Notes: generated by a model from the letters alone, not told the origin. A stretch of 64,000 bases of DNA from an uncultured Methanoregulaceae archaeon (GCA_963705255.1 OY970061.1:2368001-2432000), one strand, 5' to 3'; positions 42,470 through 53,745 are shown, counted from the first letter of the stretch. Numbers and translations are program-made.

Positions 42470-43646
42470 ATGATCGGTAAAGGTGCATATCTCAGGCAAC
42501 TGACGGCAGCGACCATGCCGATGAAGTCCGTTGCTGTGGGAAAGGAGCTGGAGGGAAGTTCTCCCCCGTCCGTTTTTGTCGGAAGCTGGAACTACCCGGA
42601 TGTGTATGCCGGACCCATGGTGACGCCCGTGCACGGGGACACAGCCGTCATGGATATGCCCGAGTCATGGATTCCGGCAAACAGGACGCAGGAAGAGATC
42701 ATCGGGTACCGCCTCAACCTCGTCCGGGGAAAACAGCGGGTGCATGCCAGCGATCTCACGAACCGGTTTGTGGAGAAACTGCAGGAGATCTCCCTTTCGG
42801 CATCGTCCATAGAGAGCGAAGTCTCCTTCACGGATACGCCGACTGGGCAGTCGTTTTCCGAGGAGCATACCCCGTTCGGGCCCAGCGCCCCTGTGGAACG
42901 TTTTGAGATCCAGGGCGGGAAATGGGACCGGGACCTCGAAAAGGTTTTTTATGATACCGACCTGAGAGCTGCTGATGCTGTCATCGACCTGCACCGGAAT
43001 GGTCTGCCGTTTTCAAGTATCCAGAAAGCTTTTTCCGTCGGCACGATGGGGCAGGAACGGGGGCGGCACCTGGTCCCCACCCGCTGGTCGATAACTGCGT
43101 GCGATACCCTAATCGGTGATCGGCTCCTTTTCCAGGTGAAAAAAAACCCGGTAATCGACAGACTGGCGGGTTCACGAGTTCTCTAGCCTGCACAACAACT
43201 ATGCGGTCATCCTCATGCCGACCGGCTGGCAGTACGAATGGTCGGAAGCGTTTCTCCGAGTACTGGGGAATGAGGAACTGGTATTTTCGGATCATGAAGG
43301 AAACAGGAAAAAAACCGAGTACTCATCCCTTGGCGGGTGCTACTATTCCTGCAAGATGGCAGTACTGGAAGCCCTTGCCCGGGAAGGGAAACAGGCCGGT
43401 GCGATAATTCTCCGGGAAGCGCTGAAGGGATATGTCCCAATGGGCGTATTCAACGTCAGGGAAAACGTGAGGAATGCGATGCAGCAGCCGGCATCCGAGT
43501 TCGAAGACATAAGGGCCGCACTCTCGCACATTTCGGAAAAGTTCATCCTTCCGGTCCAACGATTCATCGATGAAGGAGAGCTTCTCAGTATGATGATCCG
43601 GGAACGGCAGTGCACCCTGAAAGAGTTCACGCAGTCAGTGAATTGA
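42470..43646 (+). CDS. Nre-family archaeal DNA repair protein (frameshift near 43160)
   Basis: [29 protein letters not shown]-terminal PIP-like QCTLKEF. Confidence 0.85.
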
Positions 43647-43647
43647 C

Positions 43648-44572
43648 ATGGTCCCCGGCTCCGTACCTGAAGATACTGCAGGATCCCTCAAGGAAGCCTG
43701 TCCTGCACACGATCCCGCCGGCAGGATTATCCTCCATCTTGACATGGACAGTTTTTACGCGTCGGTTGAGGTACGGCACCGCCCGGAACTTGCAGGGAAA
43801 CCGGTGGTTATCGGTGCTGATCCGAAACAGGGCCGTGGGCGGGGGGTAGTCTCTACGTGCTCGTATGAGGCCCGGGCATTCGGTATACTGTCCGCAATGC
43901 CCATCTCGCAGGCATTCGTCCTGTGCCCCCGCGCCATCTATCTCCCGCCCGACTTTGCCCGGTATTCCCGGGCCTCAGCAGAAGTGATGCGAATCCTCGG
44001 GTCGTACGGGTTCCGACTCCAGCAGGTCAGTATCGACGAGGCGTTCCTTGACCTGACTCCCGTCGGGAGTTTTGAGTTAGCCCGGTCCGTTGCATCCTGG
44101 ATAAGGGCCGCGATAAAAAGCCAGCTCGGCCTTACTTGTTCAGTCGCCTTGCAAGCTCAAGGGTCGTTGCCAAGATCGCGTCAGACTTTAAAAAACCTGA
44201 CGGCCTTACGATAGTCCAACCCCACGACCTTCAGGAGTTCCTAGACCCGCTGCCGGTCAGAAAGATCCCCGGGATCGGGAAAAAGTCCGAGGCCGGACTC
44301 TCCGCGCTGGGGATCCGGACCATCGGTTACCTTGCACGATATAACATCCAGGTACTTATCGGGAGGTTCGGGCGGGGGGCACTGGTGTTGCACCAGCTCA
44401 CGCAGGGAATTGACGACACTGAGGTGGAGGAATACGGGGGAGTGAAATCCGTATCACGGGAGATGACCTTCGAAGCAGATACGGACGATGCCGGTGTCAT
44501 CGTATCGACCATCGATGACCTTGCCGGAGGGGTTCATGAAGACCTCGTACAGGAGCAGCTCCGGTTCAGGTC
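43648..44572 (+). pseudogene. dinB: DNA polymerase IV (Y family), frameshifted near 44145 and 3'-truncated
   Basis: HLDMDSFYASVE, SIDEAFL, AKIASDFKKPDG; homology stops at QLRFR where the convergent gene ends. Confidence 0.75.
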
Positions 44573-44931
44573 CTCTTCCGTGCATGCGTGCGGAGCCAGT
44601 CTTCGATATCGTCCATCCCGGCCGTGAATGACCCGATACTTTTCGTCAGTTGTACCATATCTTCGCCCTCAAGGTCGGCCTCGTACCCTTCGGATGCAAG
44701 AACAATGCCGGTCGCGAGGAGGGCAGTCTGCCGGTTCTCCTCCCGGAAGACCGGGTACGTGATGAGCCAGTACAGTACGCACGCCGCACGGCGGAATACT
44801 GTATTCGTCAGGTTTGCCTGGAAGATCATCTGGTGCAGGCCCGCTTCCGATAGAAGCCGCGCATCACCGCCGTCCCGCTCTATGATACCCGCGTGGAGTG
44901 CGATTATTGACTCCGCAGTCAGCTCGTCCAT
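44566..44931 (-). CDS. Fic/Doc-like protein with degenerate motif
   Basis: IIALHAGII...RRAA...YPVFREENRQTA in place of HPFxDGNxRTA. Confidence 0.6.
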   Translation of the reverse strand: MDELTAESIIALHAGIIERDGGDARLLSEAGLHQMIFQANLTNTVFRRAACVLYWLITYPVFREENRQTALLATGIVLASEGYEADLEGEDMVQLTKSIGSFTAGMDDIEDWLRTHARKRT

Positions 44932-45145
44932 CCGTGATGGTACTGGGAAGGGGATCCTGCAAAGGTTGCGATGCATCTCCCGGGCGCAGAAGAGTCGGGG
45001 TTAGGATGTTTCGGATATGGTGAAACCCGCTGGTCGGTGCTTCTTGTCAATCACCTCCAGCGGTACCCGGCAGGAACGGAAAAAAATCGTTTCACTATCT
45101 TCATATTGCCCCCCAAAGAATCCTGATCCTCAGCCGGGTGATCCA

Positions 45146-45668
45146 ATGAGCTCGATGAACCTTGACCTGTTTGACCGGATGTCTGATGCAGAAAAACACC
45201 AGTACCTGGAGTTCCTCCTCTGGCATTACCGCGTGGTAGACGCCTTCTGGTTCATCACGGTTGCCGATACCTATGGCCAGACCGGTTGCAGAGGCGATCA
45301 ACGAACAGGTCTGGGGGCGGGTAGCCGGCATGGCAGCACGGGACATCGTGCGCCGGTTCGGTATCACGGAAAAAGGCCTCGCCGGGTTTGTCCAGGCGCT
45401 GCGCCATTTCCCCTGGGCCATGATCGTGGGCTACACGATCGACGAGCAAAAGGACGAGGTCACCATCTCGGTGCCGTCGTGTCCGTCACAGGAAGCCCGG
45501 CTCCGGAGGGGCCAGGGCGAATATGTCTGCCGCGAGATGCACCGGGCCGAATTCACCGGCTTTGCTAGGGAGATCGATGATCGCATCCACGTGGAATGCA
45601 TCTTTGCCCCGCCGGACCCCCACCCGCCGGATATATTCTGTACTTGGCGGTTTTATCTCAAAGAATAG
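45146..45668 (+). CDS. DUF6125-like protein (frameshift near 45280)
   Basis: VDAFWF, CPSQEAR, YVCREMH, CIFAPPD, CTWRF. Confidence 0.65.
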
Positions 45669-45710
45669 AGCCTCAGGGAAATCCCATGAACGCGGGGTTT
45701 ACACAAGAAA

Positions 45711-45992
45711 ATGACAGCCACATCCCTCCCCCTCATTATCCTCATTTTTTACTTCGCCGTCAACATCGCAGTATTCCTGATCTTCGGGTACGACAAGAGA
45801 AATGCTCCGGGGAATAGATTGAGGATCAGCGAGAGCATGCTCCTTACCCTAGCGTTTTTCGGGCCGTTCGGCGCCATTGCCGCGATGAAGGTGTTCCGCC
45901 ATAAAACCCGGAAGATAAAATTTTACCTTGTCCCGCTGTTCGCTGCCATCCATCTGGCGATCATCCTGTACGGAATTTCAGCAATCGCCTGA
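45711..45992 (+). CDS. DUF1294 membrane protein
   Basis: GYDKRNA, RISE, GPFGA, FRHKTRK. Confidence 0.85.
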   Translation: MTATSLPLIILIFYFAVNIAVFLIFGYDKRNAPGNRLRISESMLLTLAFFGPFGAIAAMKVFRHKTRKIKFYLVPLFAAIHLAIILYGISAIA

Positions 45993-46056
45993 TCCTATAA
46001 ACAACGCCTTTTCCGGACCGTACCTCTTTAATATCGCCTCTGCCATAATTTCTTGA

Positions 46057-46542
46057 ATGCGGACCAACAGGCACCAGTATTTTCTCGACCTTGCCACGCG
46101 GTGTGCCCACCAGGGCACCTGCCTGCGGCGCAACTTCGGCGCCATCATCGTAGATGAGTTCAACACCATCGTATCCACCGGCTATACCGGAGCCCCGAGA
46201 AAACAGATGGACTGCACGGAACTGAACCGTTGCTGGAGAAAGGATCACAACATCCCCTCGGGATCCAACTACGAGCGGTGCAGGAGCGTCCACGCGGAGA
46301 TGAACGCGCTCCTGCAGGCAGGAAAACTCGCCCGGGGCTGCACGCTGTACCTTGCGGGGTTCGATGTCGAGACCGATGAGACCACGCAGATCTGGCCCTG
46401 TTTTCTCTGTTCGAAGATGATCGTCAACAGCGGCGTGGCAAATGTCATCATGCGGACGGGTAAGGACACACACAGGGAGATGGACCCCATGGTGCTGTAC
46501 CAGATGAGGAGCCGGGAAGCACTCGGCGAAGACGCAAAATAA
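46057..46542 (+). CDS. dCMP/cytidine deaminase family protein
   Basis: HAEMNA and PCFLC zinc motif. Confidence 0.9.
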   Translation: MRTNRHQYFLDLATRCAHQGTCLRRNFGAIIVDEFNTIVSTGYTGAPRKQMDCTELNRCWRKDHNIPSGSNYERCRSVHAEMNALLQAGKLARGCTLYLAGFDVETDETTQIWPCFLCSKMIVNSGVANVIMRTGKDTHREMDPMVLYQMRSREALGEDAK

Positions 46543-46609
46543 GAGGGGGCCGGGCTCCTGACCGATGGATATTATTCCCTATTTTCCTTTCTGGTTCTAC
46601 CAGGAACTC

Positions 46610-47110
46610 TCAAATCAGATGGATCTCGTTGTAGATCGAAACAAGCGAGAGGCTGATCAGGTTCATCGTAGTTGCAGCATACCACAGGTACAGTTCACCT
46701 GAATGCAGGTTGGCGATCCAGCCCGACCAGAGCATTGCGCAGATGATGGAGAAGGTCAGCAGGGTATCAATTGCAAGAAAGACCATCGGCCTGCCAATAA
46801 CGCGGCCTGCCTGAGCAATCGTGCAGTACTCGAAGGGTGCAGGGAGATGGAGGAGATCGAGGAGTGATCGGGCGATATTCATAAAGAGATCGGCCATCGC
46901 CCAGACGATGATGATATCCCCCAAAACCATGAGGTACGGCCCGCCCTGCACACCTCCCCTTACCGCGCTCAGGCCGAACAGGAGCTTGAACGCGCAGAAG
47001 GGAATCCCTATCGTGAAACTGAGGAAGAACGGCCGCCGGAAAAACCGCTGGATTGCGTCAGCCTCCTTCTCACCTGGCGGTTTCTGGATTTCGGAGACAT
47101 CGTTCGACAT
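46610..47110 (-). CDS. Hypothetical membrane protein
   Basis: About four hydrophobic helices. Confidence 0.65.
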   Translation of the reverse strand: MSNDVSEIQKPPGEKEADAIQRFFRRPFFLSFTIGIPFCAFKLLFGLSAVRGGVQGGPYLMVLGDIIIVWAMADLFMNIARSLLDLLHLPAPFEYCTIAQAGRVIGRPMVFLAIDTLLTFSIICAMLWSGWIANLHSGELYLWYAATTMNLISLSLVSIYNEIHLI

Positions 47111-47268
47111 AACTGGCAACCCGGGAGTCTGATAAAGGATCAATGAGCTGTTCGCTCTTAAGGGATACGATGCTGTCGCCATCAAGAACGACTTCTCACA
47201 CTCGTTTCATAATTTTTTTGGACCAGATTATCCGGCTGGCATTCCGCGCTTCTTCCCCGCTCCGGACA

Positions 47269-47987
47269 TTAAGATCGTTTTATCGCCGTGAGCAGACCCG
47301 CACCTATGGCAAGAGCAACAAGCCCGCTCTCAAGGGGAGCTGACCGGGTCGTTGTCCGGGTTGAAGGGGGGATTGTTGTCGGCTGAACGGTTATCGCCAG
47401 GGTTGACGATGTCGGAGATGGCAGAACAAGGGTTGTTTGGGTCGTAGTCGGTGTGATGATGACTGGCGTAGGGGGCGTTGTGCGTGAAAAAACCGTTTCC
47501 TGCAGGTAAACGCCGACTCCTGCAGCAGACTCGTGGTTTTCTGCTCTCACGGAGAACGATCTCGTGGCAGTTGCGGAAGATGTAAGGAAGGTGACTATGG
47601 CCTGCCCGCTGGAATCCGTAGTGACAAGCCCGTAATAATTCGTGTTCGACATCGACGCTGACGAGGGGGCGACGTCATCAAGGATAGTCCGGCCTCCTCC
47701 ATTGGAGTACTCATAGGAACCGATGGTATAAGGCCCGCCGGGCGGGTCCTGCCGGACATTTGCCTGGTTGGCCATGACGACCGGTGGCTGGTCGCCCGGT
47801 TCCCCGCTCATCGAGAAGGTGCCTGTCAGCCAGAAATAATATTGGGTGTTGGGCAGGCCGGTAACTTTGACCGAGAAGCTCCCCCGCGTGTCAGCGTACT
47901 TCCGGAATTGTCTGCCGATACCGGAATACCCGCGATAAGAATGCATGCGATGATGACCGAAACCGTCACCGTGCCGAAGTGTTTCAT
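47269..47987 (-). CDS. Secreted/surface protein (frameshift near 47885)
   Basis: Signal peptide MKHFGTVTVSVIIAC in one frame; body, Thr-rich linker and anchor in another. Confidence 0.65.
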
Positions 47988-48073
47988 ACTCCAACTCCAT
48001 GGAACCGAAAATATTGTCCTGAAGTGTCCTTGGAACGTACATGAATAAAAGGATGCACCATGGGGGCACTGCA

Positions 48074-48421
48074 ATGAGTAAAAGGCACCCTCCACGTAAC
48101 CCTTCGTTGCTTTTATCTCCCGGGAACCGATTACTGATTATGTCACCCAGAAACCCGAAACCCCCGGAAAAAACCAGGAAGGGCGTCGTTCCCAAGACCG
48201 GGCCGAGCAAGGACCGGGAGCGTCAGCTGGAGGATACCCGGCACCACCCGCTTGATCATCCCCTGCCGCATCCTGCCCACAAGACGCTGAAAAAACCTTC
48301 GCTCCCTCCAAAACACACCCCTCATTCCCATCCCCATGGAGATGAGCTCCCTGCCCACACGAACCCCCCTGGGCCGATCAAGCCCTCAAAGAAAGTGACC
48401 CGGACCGGTTCAAAGACATAG
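48074..48421 (+). CDS. Pro/Lys/His-rich hypothetical protein
   Basis: Low-complexity ORF; no family recognised. Confidence 0.4.
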   Translation: MSKRHPPRNPSLLLSPGNRLLIMSPRNPKPPEKTRKGVVPKTGPSKDRERQLEDTRHHPLDHPLPHPAHKTLKKPSLPPKHTPHSHPHGDELPAHTNPPGPIKPSKKVTRTGSKT

Positions 48422-48668
48422 CCGTGTCCTCCCTGCGGCGCTCGTATTGCGGACCTGAAGCGGACAGGGGCAAATATACCCTTTTCGGAGGAAGTGAACC
48501 CGACAAAACGGATTTTCTTTGAGGAAAGGGACTGCTACCACCTTATTCCTGCCTAATTTTTTTGCAACTCTGACCATCATCACCCCGCCAGATTGGCATT
48601 CAGGTTCCCGCTCTTAAAAAATGGCGAATTCAGGAAGATATTTACCCTTATGGGATAGTCTATCCATT

Positions 48669-49178
48669 ATGCAGGAAGTCCGGTTAACCATCAAAAAGCG
48701 GGCATTCCCTAGCCAGGGGCGGGTACGTTTCAATGTTGCACACCTGCCCGATCTGGGAATACTTGAAGGGGAACACGTAGATCTCATCAATGAATCCACC
48801 AAAAAAACGGTCACAACCTCGGTTATTGCTGATACCATGGTTCGGGAAGGGCAGATCCGGGTGAGTGAGGAGGATCTCAAGGCGCTCGGTCTCCAGGATG
48901 AAGAGGAAGTCCTTGTCAGAAAAACTCCGCCACTGGAAGAAAAGATCAAAAAGGCAGCGGCAGATGCCAACAAATCGTTCTCAAAGGGTCTTGACAAACT
49001 TGATGAGAAGGTAAAAAAGACCACCGGCGATGTAAAGGCCAGCACAGCAAAAGCTACGGACACCGTTAAAAAAGAGACAAAGAAGGCATCCGGTAAAATC
49101 GGAAAAACTGCTGTAAAAACTGCCAATACCGTGAAAAAAACGGTGAAGAAGATAACAGGATCCGGGGAAGATCTGTAA
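48669..49178 (+). CDS. CDC48-N/double-psi-barrel-like protein with Lys-rich tail
   Basis: GRVRFN...LGILEGEHVDL...IRVSEEDLKALGLQDEEEVLV. Confidence 0.55.
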   Translation: MQEVRLTIKKRAFPSQGRVRFNVAHLPDLGILEGEHVDLINESTKKTVTTSVIADTMVREGQIRVSEEDLKALGLQDEEEVLVRKTPPLEEKIKKAAADANKSFSKGLDKLDEKVKKTTGDVKASTAKATDTVKKETKKASGKIGKTAVKTANTVKKTVKKITGSGEDL

Positions 49179-49235
49179 TATGGTCTGCTCATATGCAGGT
49201 CGTGTGGAAGAAACCCGTGATGTGGTGAAGTAACT

Positions 49236-49637
49236 ATGGCAGCAGAAGCAGTTGTGGCACAGGGAGCAGGAATCACCGATACCGTTCTCATGGGAATCCT
49301 TGTTGTTCTCGCGATGGTTATCGTATATTTCATCATCCGTGAGATACGGATTATGAAGACGGCTAACCGCACGATTGAACTGGAACTGGAAAAGGACAAG
49401 CTTAAGCTCCTCCAGCAGCATGAAGCATCAAAGGCATTTCCGTTCACCCGGTTCTCTCAGGAACAGACCGGGGAGATCAGAAATGTTGAAGATGAGAACA
49501 CGATCCTTGAAACGAATATCTTCGCAAAGGAAAGACTTATTGAAACGCGGTTGACCCGGCTCGAAAACCTGGTAAAAACAAGGAAACTGGATGATCTTCT
49601 GGGAAATATCCAGGAACAGGAAAAGAAGGTGAAGTAA
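49236..49637 (+). CDS. Single-TM coiled-coil hypothetical protein
   Basis: N-terminal TM, charged heptads. Confidence 0.7.
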   Translation: MAAEAVVAQGAGITDTVLMGILVVLAMVIVYFIIREIRIMKTANRTIELELEKDKLKLLQQHEASKAFPFTRFSQEQTGEIRNVEDENTILETNIFAKERLIETRLTRLENLVKTRKLDDLLGNIQEQEKKVK

Positions 49638-49640
49638 ACC

Positions 49641-49958
49641 ATGTACCCGGTTATCAACCAGAATCCGGACCAGAATGTGACCGGAGATTCGTTTTGGGAT
49701 CAGTTCTCGCATATCTCCGAAACGATTGAATCCCGTATCCCTACGTTCGATAAATCGCTCGACGCTTATTTCGATCACAACTTTGCTGCCATCATCGAGG
49801 AATGGGATCTTGTGACCGACAGCGATCTGCACCGGCTTGAAAGCCGGCTTGCACGCGTGAGCGACGATATCAGTGGTCTCTACGCAGGAAAAATGAGCAT
49901 CGAAGCGCGGGCAAAAAAATTGGATGGCCTGATCTCATCGCTGGAGAGATCGTTATGA
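49641..49958 (+). CDS. Coiled-coil hypothetical protein
   Basis: Operon packing; YFD...IEEWDL motif. Confidence 0.7.
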   Translation: MYPVINQNPDQNVTGDSFWDQFSHISETIESRIPTFDKSLDAYFDHNFAAIIEEWDLVTDSDLHRLESRLARVSDDISGLYAGKMSIEARAKKLDGLISSLERSL

Positions 49959-50176
49959 TCGGCATGAACACGTACCTCAACACCTACGTTGACCGCCGGA
50001 TGAAATATATCGTTGACGAATGGGACCTCTCCACGGGGACAGATCTCGCTGATTTTGTGGGCCGGCTGGATGCACTGGATCAGGAGACCACACGGCTGAA
50101 AGCTTTTGAACAGGCAGCATCGGACAAACTGACCGAGCTTGAAGATCGTGCGAGGAAGCTGAAAGGGAGGGCCTGA
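49955..50176 (+). CDS. Coiled-coil hypothetical protein
   Basis: ATGA overlap; YVD...VDEWDL motif. Confidence 0.7.
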   Translation: MIGMNTYLNTYVDRRMKYIVDEWDLSTGTDLADFVGRLDALDQETTRLKAFEQAASDKLTELEDRARKLKGRA

Positions 50177-50177
50177 A

Positions 50178-50534
50178 ATGGACGTACTGGAGTTCATCAT
50201 CATCGTCATCATCCTGTGTGCTCTCATTTTCCTGATCTATTACTTCATTCGGGGTGCGAAAGGCGCGATATCGCTCACCCGTCCGGTAGAGAGCCGGGTG
50301 GACGAATACCTTGACCGCAGGTTCCAGAGCATGGTGGACGAGTGGCAACTGGTTTCCCGCCCAAAGCTCCAGAAGTTCAAGGAACAACGCTACAAGGAGA
50401 TCGAACAGGATGAAACACGCCTTGCTGAATTGAAGAACTACGAGTCCGGGATGCAGACCACGCTGGTATCGCTGGAGGCACGACTTGACGCTCTGGAAAA
50501 AGAACTGGCCCAGAAAGGAAGCGCCAAAAAATAA
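50178..50534 (+). CDS. Single-TM coiled-coil hypothetical protein
   Basis: N-terminal TM; YLD...VDEWQL motif. Confidence 0.7.
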   Translation: MDVLEFIIIVIILCALIFLIYYFIRGAKGAISLTRPVESRVDEYLDRRFQSMVDEWQLVSRPKLQKFKEQRYKEIEQDETRLAELKNYESGMQTTLVSLEARLDALEKELAQKGSAKK

Positions 50535-50580
50535 GGATACTCCGGATCGCCTGCGTGAGCTGAAAAAAGAGATCACCGTG

Positions 50581-50787
50581 ATGCGCAAGCAGGGCGAGCC
50601 TCCTGTAAAGGATCCCCACAGCTTCGCGCAGTACACGTGCGATCTCTGCAGCACACCTCACCCGGTATCAGAACTCCGCCAGTGCGTCCTCTGCGGGCGA
50701 TGGGCATGCGATGCCTGCTGGAAAGATGAGTATTACACCTGCAAGTCCTGTTCCGGTCTCATAAAAATTCACATGATGAAGGGGTAA
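50581..50787 (+). CDS. Small zinc-finger protein
   Basis: Four CxxC pairs. Confidence 0.65.
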   Translation: MRKQGEPPVKDPHSFAQYTCDLCSTPHPVSELRQCVLCGRWACDACWKDEYYTCKSCSGLIKIHMMKG

Positions 50788-51573
50788 ACGGAGAATTCAA
50801 ATAGGTCTCCGCTCTTTTTCAGACTGTTTTGGCATGAAACACTCGAGGGTAGACCCTCACAAATAGTGTTTACATTCAGGTTCGGAGCTGACAGTCGGGT
50901 CCGGGCTTCGGTTTTTAAATCTACCTGCAGGTTATACCAATTTTTAAATGTCTTTTTCTGTTCACCGCTGCCGGTTGAAATGAATGACGAAGGCATTGGG
51001 ATCGGATGATCTCTATGCATCTCACGCATCGCCTTGAAAAACGGAACCGGTATAGTGGAGATAATTCTGCCCGTATCAGACTGATTTCTGGATTTGATTA
51101 TATTTTATTGAATATTCTACCAATCCGGCAAATTGATAATATTTTTATACCCCCTTTCTTCCACTGGAGCGGACTATTAAAAAGCCCCAATAATGTAAAG
51201 AAGTCTTTACAACGATTTTAGTACCAGTTGGTTTTGCCGGGTTCCTGCATGCCAGCACGGACAGGAAATTGTGGCATATCGCATCCATAAAAAAAATTTT
51301 ATTACCCCCCTTGGAAAAGGAAGCGATGTACTGTCCACCTGATGTCTCCAGATTTGACAGCGCATGCAACGCGAGAGGCAGAATGACCGGAATTTCCCGA
51401 ATCCGCTTCCATGAACAGGCAAACAGACAATAGTGTCAAGCCGGCCGCATAACAATTCCGGAGATGGGAAATGAGCGGTACCATTTACCCCGGCGGAGCG
51501 AGACCGGATTTTGCAGGAGGCGGGGAAATCCTGAAACGGGCGTGAACCCATAGCTCTGAGGGGATGGTGCAGG

Positions 51574-51816
51574 ACGCTCAAAAGCCATGAACTTCTTCTG
51601 AAATACCGGCATGATGCCCGTTACACATTCTCTAGGATCGTCGTCTGGTATGTCGATCGCGGGGCGCCGGATGACCGCTCGTGCGTGGGAGGTGACGATA
51701 TCCTTGTGCTGGATGCGTATTATTTTGAGATCGCGTCTGCACATGGCACCAAATATATTCCTTACCACCGCATCAGGAAAATTGCCTATGACGGCACTAC
51801 CGCGTGGGAACGGTGA
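51574..51816 (+). CDS. DUF504/MJ1316-like protein with ACG at expected start (absent from ORF track)
   Basis: Manual translation xLKSHELLLKYRHD...WYVDRGAPDD...KYIPYHRIRKIAYDG..WER. Confidence 0.7.
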   Translation, partial: TLKSHELLLKYRHDARYTFSRIVVWYVDRGAPDDRSCVGGDDILVLDAYYFEIASAHGTKYIPYHRIRKIAYDGTTAWER

Positions 51817-51972
51817 AAGAATTTCCTGGCGAGTGGTTTTTCCTGTCAGATTGTTGATGTATGACTTTTCTTCCTGCCAAAGCAGCGCCACCTCCGCATC
51901 GCCTTGTCTCCTGCCGCTGTCCCGACCCAAACCTTAACAAAAGACACGACCGAATGTTCTGTTACGGTGACA

Positions 51973-52791
51973 ATGCGCTACCCTTTCCTGATCTCGGTTC
52001 CTCATGGAGGCGTTGAAGTCCCCCCGGAGGTTTCCGGCAGGCTCGCACTCGGGCCCGGAGAGTTGTCCTGGTACTGCGATCCAGGTACACGGACCCTGTT
52101 CGATTTCGGCACGACCGTTGAAGCGTTCATCGACACTCCGGTCTCCCGCATGGTTGTCGACCTCAACCGCCCGCCGCTTCCCCTCCCCCCCCATGATCCG
52201 GATGGAATCATCAAGGTGCGTACTATCGATGGCAAGAGTGTCTATCTCCCGGGGCAGTTCCCGGATACCGCCCTGGTCCACCGTCTCCTGATGAAATGGT
52301 ACTTCCCCTTCCACCAGCAGGTTGACGACCTCATAGATCGTCGCGGGGTTGCCATCGCATTCGATTGTCACTCGATGCTGCCTGTCGGGTCACGCGAGCA
52401 GAAGGATGCCGGCCGGCTGCGCCCGCTGATATGCCTCGGGAACAACGGGGACTCCCGCGGCCGCCCGCGAAAGAACAGCATTGCAACCTGCCCGGAGTCC
52501 TGGGTGACCTCTCTTGCAGACGCGTTCCGGGAAGAGTTTTCCCTTGACCGTGAAGTGGCGATCAATAACCCTTTCTCCGGGGGATTCATCTCAAACGCCC
52601 ATTACTGGCGCAAGGGCGTTCCCTGGGTTCAGGTCGAGATCAACCGCTCGCTCTATGAACCCGGAGAGAAAACCGGCAGCAGTATGGAGAGCCACAGGAA
52701 TATCCTCCGGTTACGGGAGACGATCTGGAAGGCGCTTACCCGGTTCTGGGAAAACGCCAGACGTGAAGCGGTCCCTCACCAAGCCACCTGA
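51973..52791 (+). CDS. N-formylglutamate amidohydrolase family protein
   Basis: SVPHGG, SRMVVDLNR, DCHSM, QVEINRSLY. Confidence 0.85.
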   Translation: MRYPFLISVPHGGVEVPPEVSGRLALGPGELSWYCDPGTRTLFDFGTTVEAFIDTPVSRMVVDLNRPPLPLPPHDPDGIIKVRTIDGKSVYLPGQFPDTALVHRLLMKWYFPFHQQVDDLIDRRGVAIAFDCHSMLPVGSREQKDAGRLRPLICLGNNGDSRGRPRKNSIATCPESWVTSLADAFREEFSLDREVAINNPFSGGFISNAHYWRKGVPWVQVEINRSLYEPGEKTGSSMESHRNILRLRETIWKALTRFWENARREAVPHQAT

Positions 52792-53028
52792 GCACGCGTC
52801 ACGGTCTCTTCAGCTTTTCGGGAGTACGGCTTTTACTTCCCCGGGCCGATCCCTGCGCCGGACGGCAACGATCGTTCCGTTCCGGGCCGGGTCTCTCCCC
52901 ATCCTGAAGATGCTCATCGAGGCCTATTGCGGCAGGGTACGGGCGGACGACCGCGTACCCGGCGATCCCGGCCAGGGTACAGCGAACGGTTTACCCTATA
53001 AAGAGCCGGTCCAGTACCCGGGGCCTGA

Positions 53029-53745
53029 TCAGGCTTTTCTTCGGACCCGGTGTTCTTCGAGGCGCCCATCATAAAATACCTGTATACGGATCTCTTCGCC
53101 ACGTGCAAAACCCCGCATCCGGTCATCGTAGACCTTCTGCACGTGCCTGAGCCGGTGCAAGGTGAAATAGTCCTGCATGAACCCAAGGAATGAGATCTGC
53201 TGGTCGAGGAACGCATCTTCGTACTCCTTGGTCTCACGGGCGAGATCGAGGCACATGCCGTCCGGTATCGCTTCATCGTATTCGCCGTGCTGGTCGGGAC
53301 CGGAGATCTGGCGCCAGTCCACGTTTCCCCGTTCATCGGGTTCGCGATGGAGCATATACGGATAGATCCGGCAGATGGCAAACCGCCGGTCGTAGATCCG
53401 GCACCTGCCCTCATCGAGGAAATAACAGGATCCGGATTCATCGTCTTTTGCCCGGAGCGCGTATCCCGAGACGTAAAAAGTGCCGTTCTGGTCGCAGAAC
53501 TCCGGTTCAGGGGCCGGTTCACATGCATCGGGATCTATCGTCTTCAGGGCGGTCACATCACGGTCAAGCAAAAAGACATGCCCGTTGAATACACGGGTGC
53601 AGCACTTCGCGCATCCCGTACACCGGAACCCGATCTCTTTTATTACGCCGGCAAGATCTTCCAGCGGATAAGCCAGGAGGCTGTTGCGTTCCTGCGTCAG
53701 GGCGGCAATACGGAAAGGAATGGGCACGAGGGAAACAGTTACCAC
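53029..53745 (-). CDS. YkgJ-family cysteine cluster protein (start uncertain)
   Basis: FRCTGCAKCC, CYFL, CRIYDRRFAICRIYPY. Confidence 0.8.
   Translation of the reverse strand: MVTVSLVPIPFRIAALTQERNSLLAYPLEDLAGVIKEIGFRCTGCAKCCTRVFNGHVFLLDRDVTALKTIDPDACEPAPEPEFCDQNGTFYVSGYALRAKDDESGSCYFLDEGRCRIYDRRFAICRIYPYMLHREPDERGNVDWRQISGPDQHGEYDEAIPDGMCLDLARETKEYEDAFLDQQISFLGFMQDYFTLHRLRHVQKVYDDRMRGFARGEEIRIQVFYDGRLEEHRVRRKA

Noticed and set aside
50790-51570. AT-rich intergenic stretch as ncRNA or element
   Set aside because: No repeats, tRNA cloverleaf or recognisable structure found by eye.
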